Below are positions 63,122 to 64,000 of a stretch of 64,000 nt of DNA, one piece after another. The translations under genes and the position numbers were made by a program. Numbering within the stretch: position 1 is the stretch's first letter; each line of letters begins with the position of its first letter. The notes beneath the pieces were generated by a model. That model worked only from the letters and a program-made list of their open reading frames with translations, was not told the origin of the DNA and made no database searches. The DNA is taken from positions 576,001-640,000 of the forward strand of contig OZ251997.1 in assembly GCA_965247095.1 (NCBI GenBank), given 5' to 3'. Source of the DNA: Candidatus Multivorans sp. (GTDB taxonomy: Bacteria; Acidobacteriota; Thermoanaerobaculia; Multivoradales; Multivoraceae).

Positions 63122-64000
63122 CTATCCGTGTCTCGGGTAGCCGAGGTCGGCCAGGGTTTGCGCGATTTCGTCCAGGGTCGAGGGGTCGTCGATCGTGGCC
63201 GGCACCGTGTAGGGCTCGCCGTCCGCGATTCGCCGCATCGTGCCTCGGAGGACCTTGCCGGAACGGGTCTTGGGCAGCCGGTCGACCACCGCCGCGATCT
63301 TGAACGAGGCGACTGGTCCGAGCTGGTCCCGCACGGTCTGGACGAGCTCCGGCACGATTTCGGCCTCGGTGCGGTCGGAGCCCGCGTAGAGGACAGCGAG
63401 TCCCAAGGGCACCTGCCCCTTGAGCGAGTCGGCGATCCCGATCACGGCGCACTCGGCGACGTCCGGGTGAGACGAAAGGATCTCCTCCATGGCGCCGGTG
63501 GACAGGCGGTGGCCGGCGACGTTGATCAGGTCGTCGGTGCGGCTCATGATGTACAGGTAGCCGTCCTGGTCGACGAACCCGGCGTCGCCGGTCTGGTAGT
63601 AGCCCTCGAACTCCGAGAGATAGGAATCGACGTAGCCGGCGTCGTTCTTCCACAAGGTCGGCAGGCAGCCCGGCGGTAGGGGAAGACGCAGGGCGATGGC
63701 GCCCGTCTCGCTGGGTGGCAGTTCGCGGCTGCCGCCGGCGTCGCCTTCGTGCTCGAGGATGCGCACGTCGTACCCGGGGACGACCTTGGTGGGGGATCCG
63801 TGCTTGACCGGCAGCGCCCCGAGACCGACGCAGTTTGCTGCGATCGGCCAGCCCGTCTCCGTCTGCCACCAGTGGTCGATCACGGGTACGTCGAGCTTCT
63901 CCTCGGCCCAGCGCACCGTGTCCGGATCGGCGCGCTCGCCGGCCAGGAACAGAGTCCGGAGGGAACTCAGATCGAATTTCCCTATCAGTTTGCCCTGGGG
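63122..64000 (-). CDS. prpE: Propionyl-CoA synthetase / acyl-CoA synthetase, 3' part
   Basis: LFLAGERAD, DHWWQTETGW, TGDAG, RTDDLINVAGHRLSTG, LPKTRSGK. Confidence 0.85.
   Translation of the reverse strand, partial: PQGKLIGKFDLSSLRTLFLAGERADPDTVRWAEEKLDVPVIDHWWQTETGWPIAANCVGLGALPVKHGSPTKVVPGYDVRILEHEGDAGGSRELPPSETGAIALRLPLPPGCLPTLWKNDAGYVDSYLSEFEGYYQTGDAGFVDQDGYLYIMSRTDDLINVAGHRLSTGAMEEILSSHPDVAECAVIGIADSLKGQVPLGLAVLYAGSDRTEAEIVPELVQTVRDQLGPVASFKIAAVVDRLPKTRSGKVLRGTMRRIADGEPYTVPATIDDPSTLDEIAQTLADLGYPRHG

Overview
High-GC (~68-70% by eye) bacterial chromosomal window. The gene content (Oar-type TonB receptors, many PQQ-like beta-propellers, TPR-sulfatase, DUF5916-like protein) suggests Acidobacteriota; this is inference only. 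Left to right: partial S1-domain gene; sirtuin; MoxR/CoxE-VWA pair; DUF3014-like gene; a minus-strand sugar operon (2 PQQ-like propellers, Gfo/Idh/MocA, TIM-barrel isomerase, xylA, eukaryote-type xylulokinase) preceded by a double-cupin lipoprotein; TPR-sulfatase; a lower-GC islet (tetrahaem cytochrome c, membrane partner, deletion remnants of a TonB receptor and a sulfatase); a DUF5916-like gene divergent from a tandemly duplicated TonB receptor + propeller/NTF2-like pair; grxD-bolA; a haem c/copper-monooxygenase-like gene; ROK kinase; a decayed toxin-antitoxin patch; an LVIVD/YncE/MoxR/DUF58/BatA/VWA operon; lpdA-sucB-sucA; orphan peptide ABC permeases; MATE; argG; etfAB-TetR-fadF; partial prpE. 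I saw no rRNA, tRNA, CRISPR array, integrase or transposase. The most notable signals are a REP-like hairpin family with one long copy translated in frame inside sucB, the duplicated receptor module with patchy divergence, and a palindromic operator shared by two promoters 59 kb apart. All family calls come from motif recognition by eye, not database searches.
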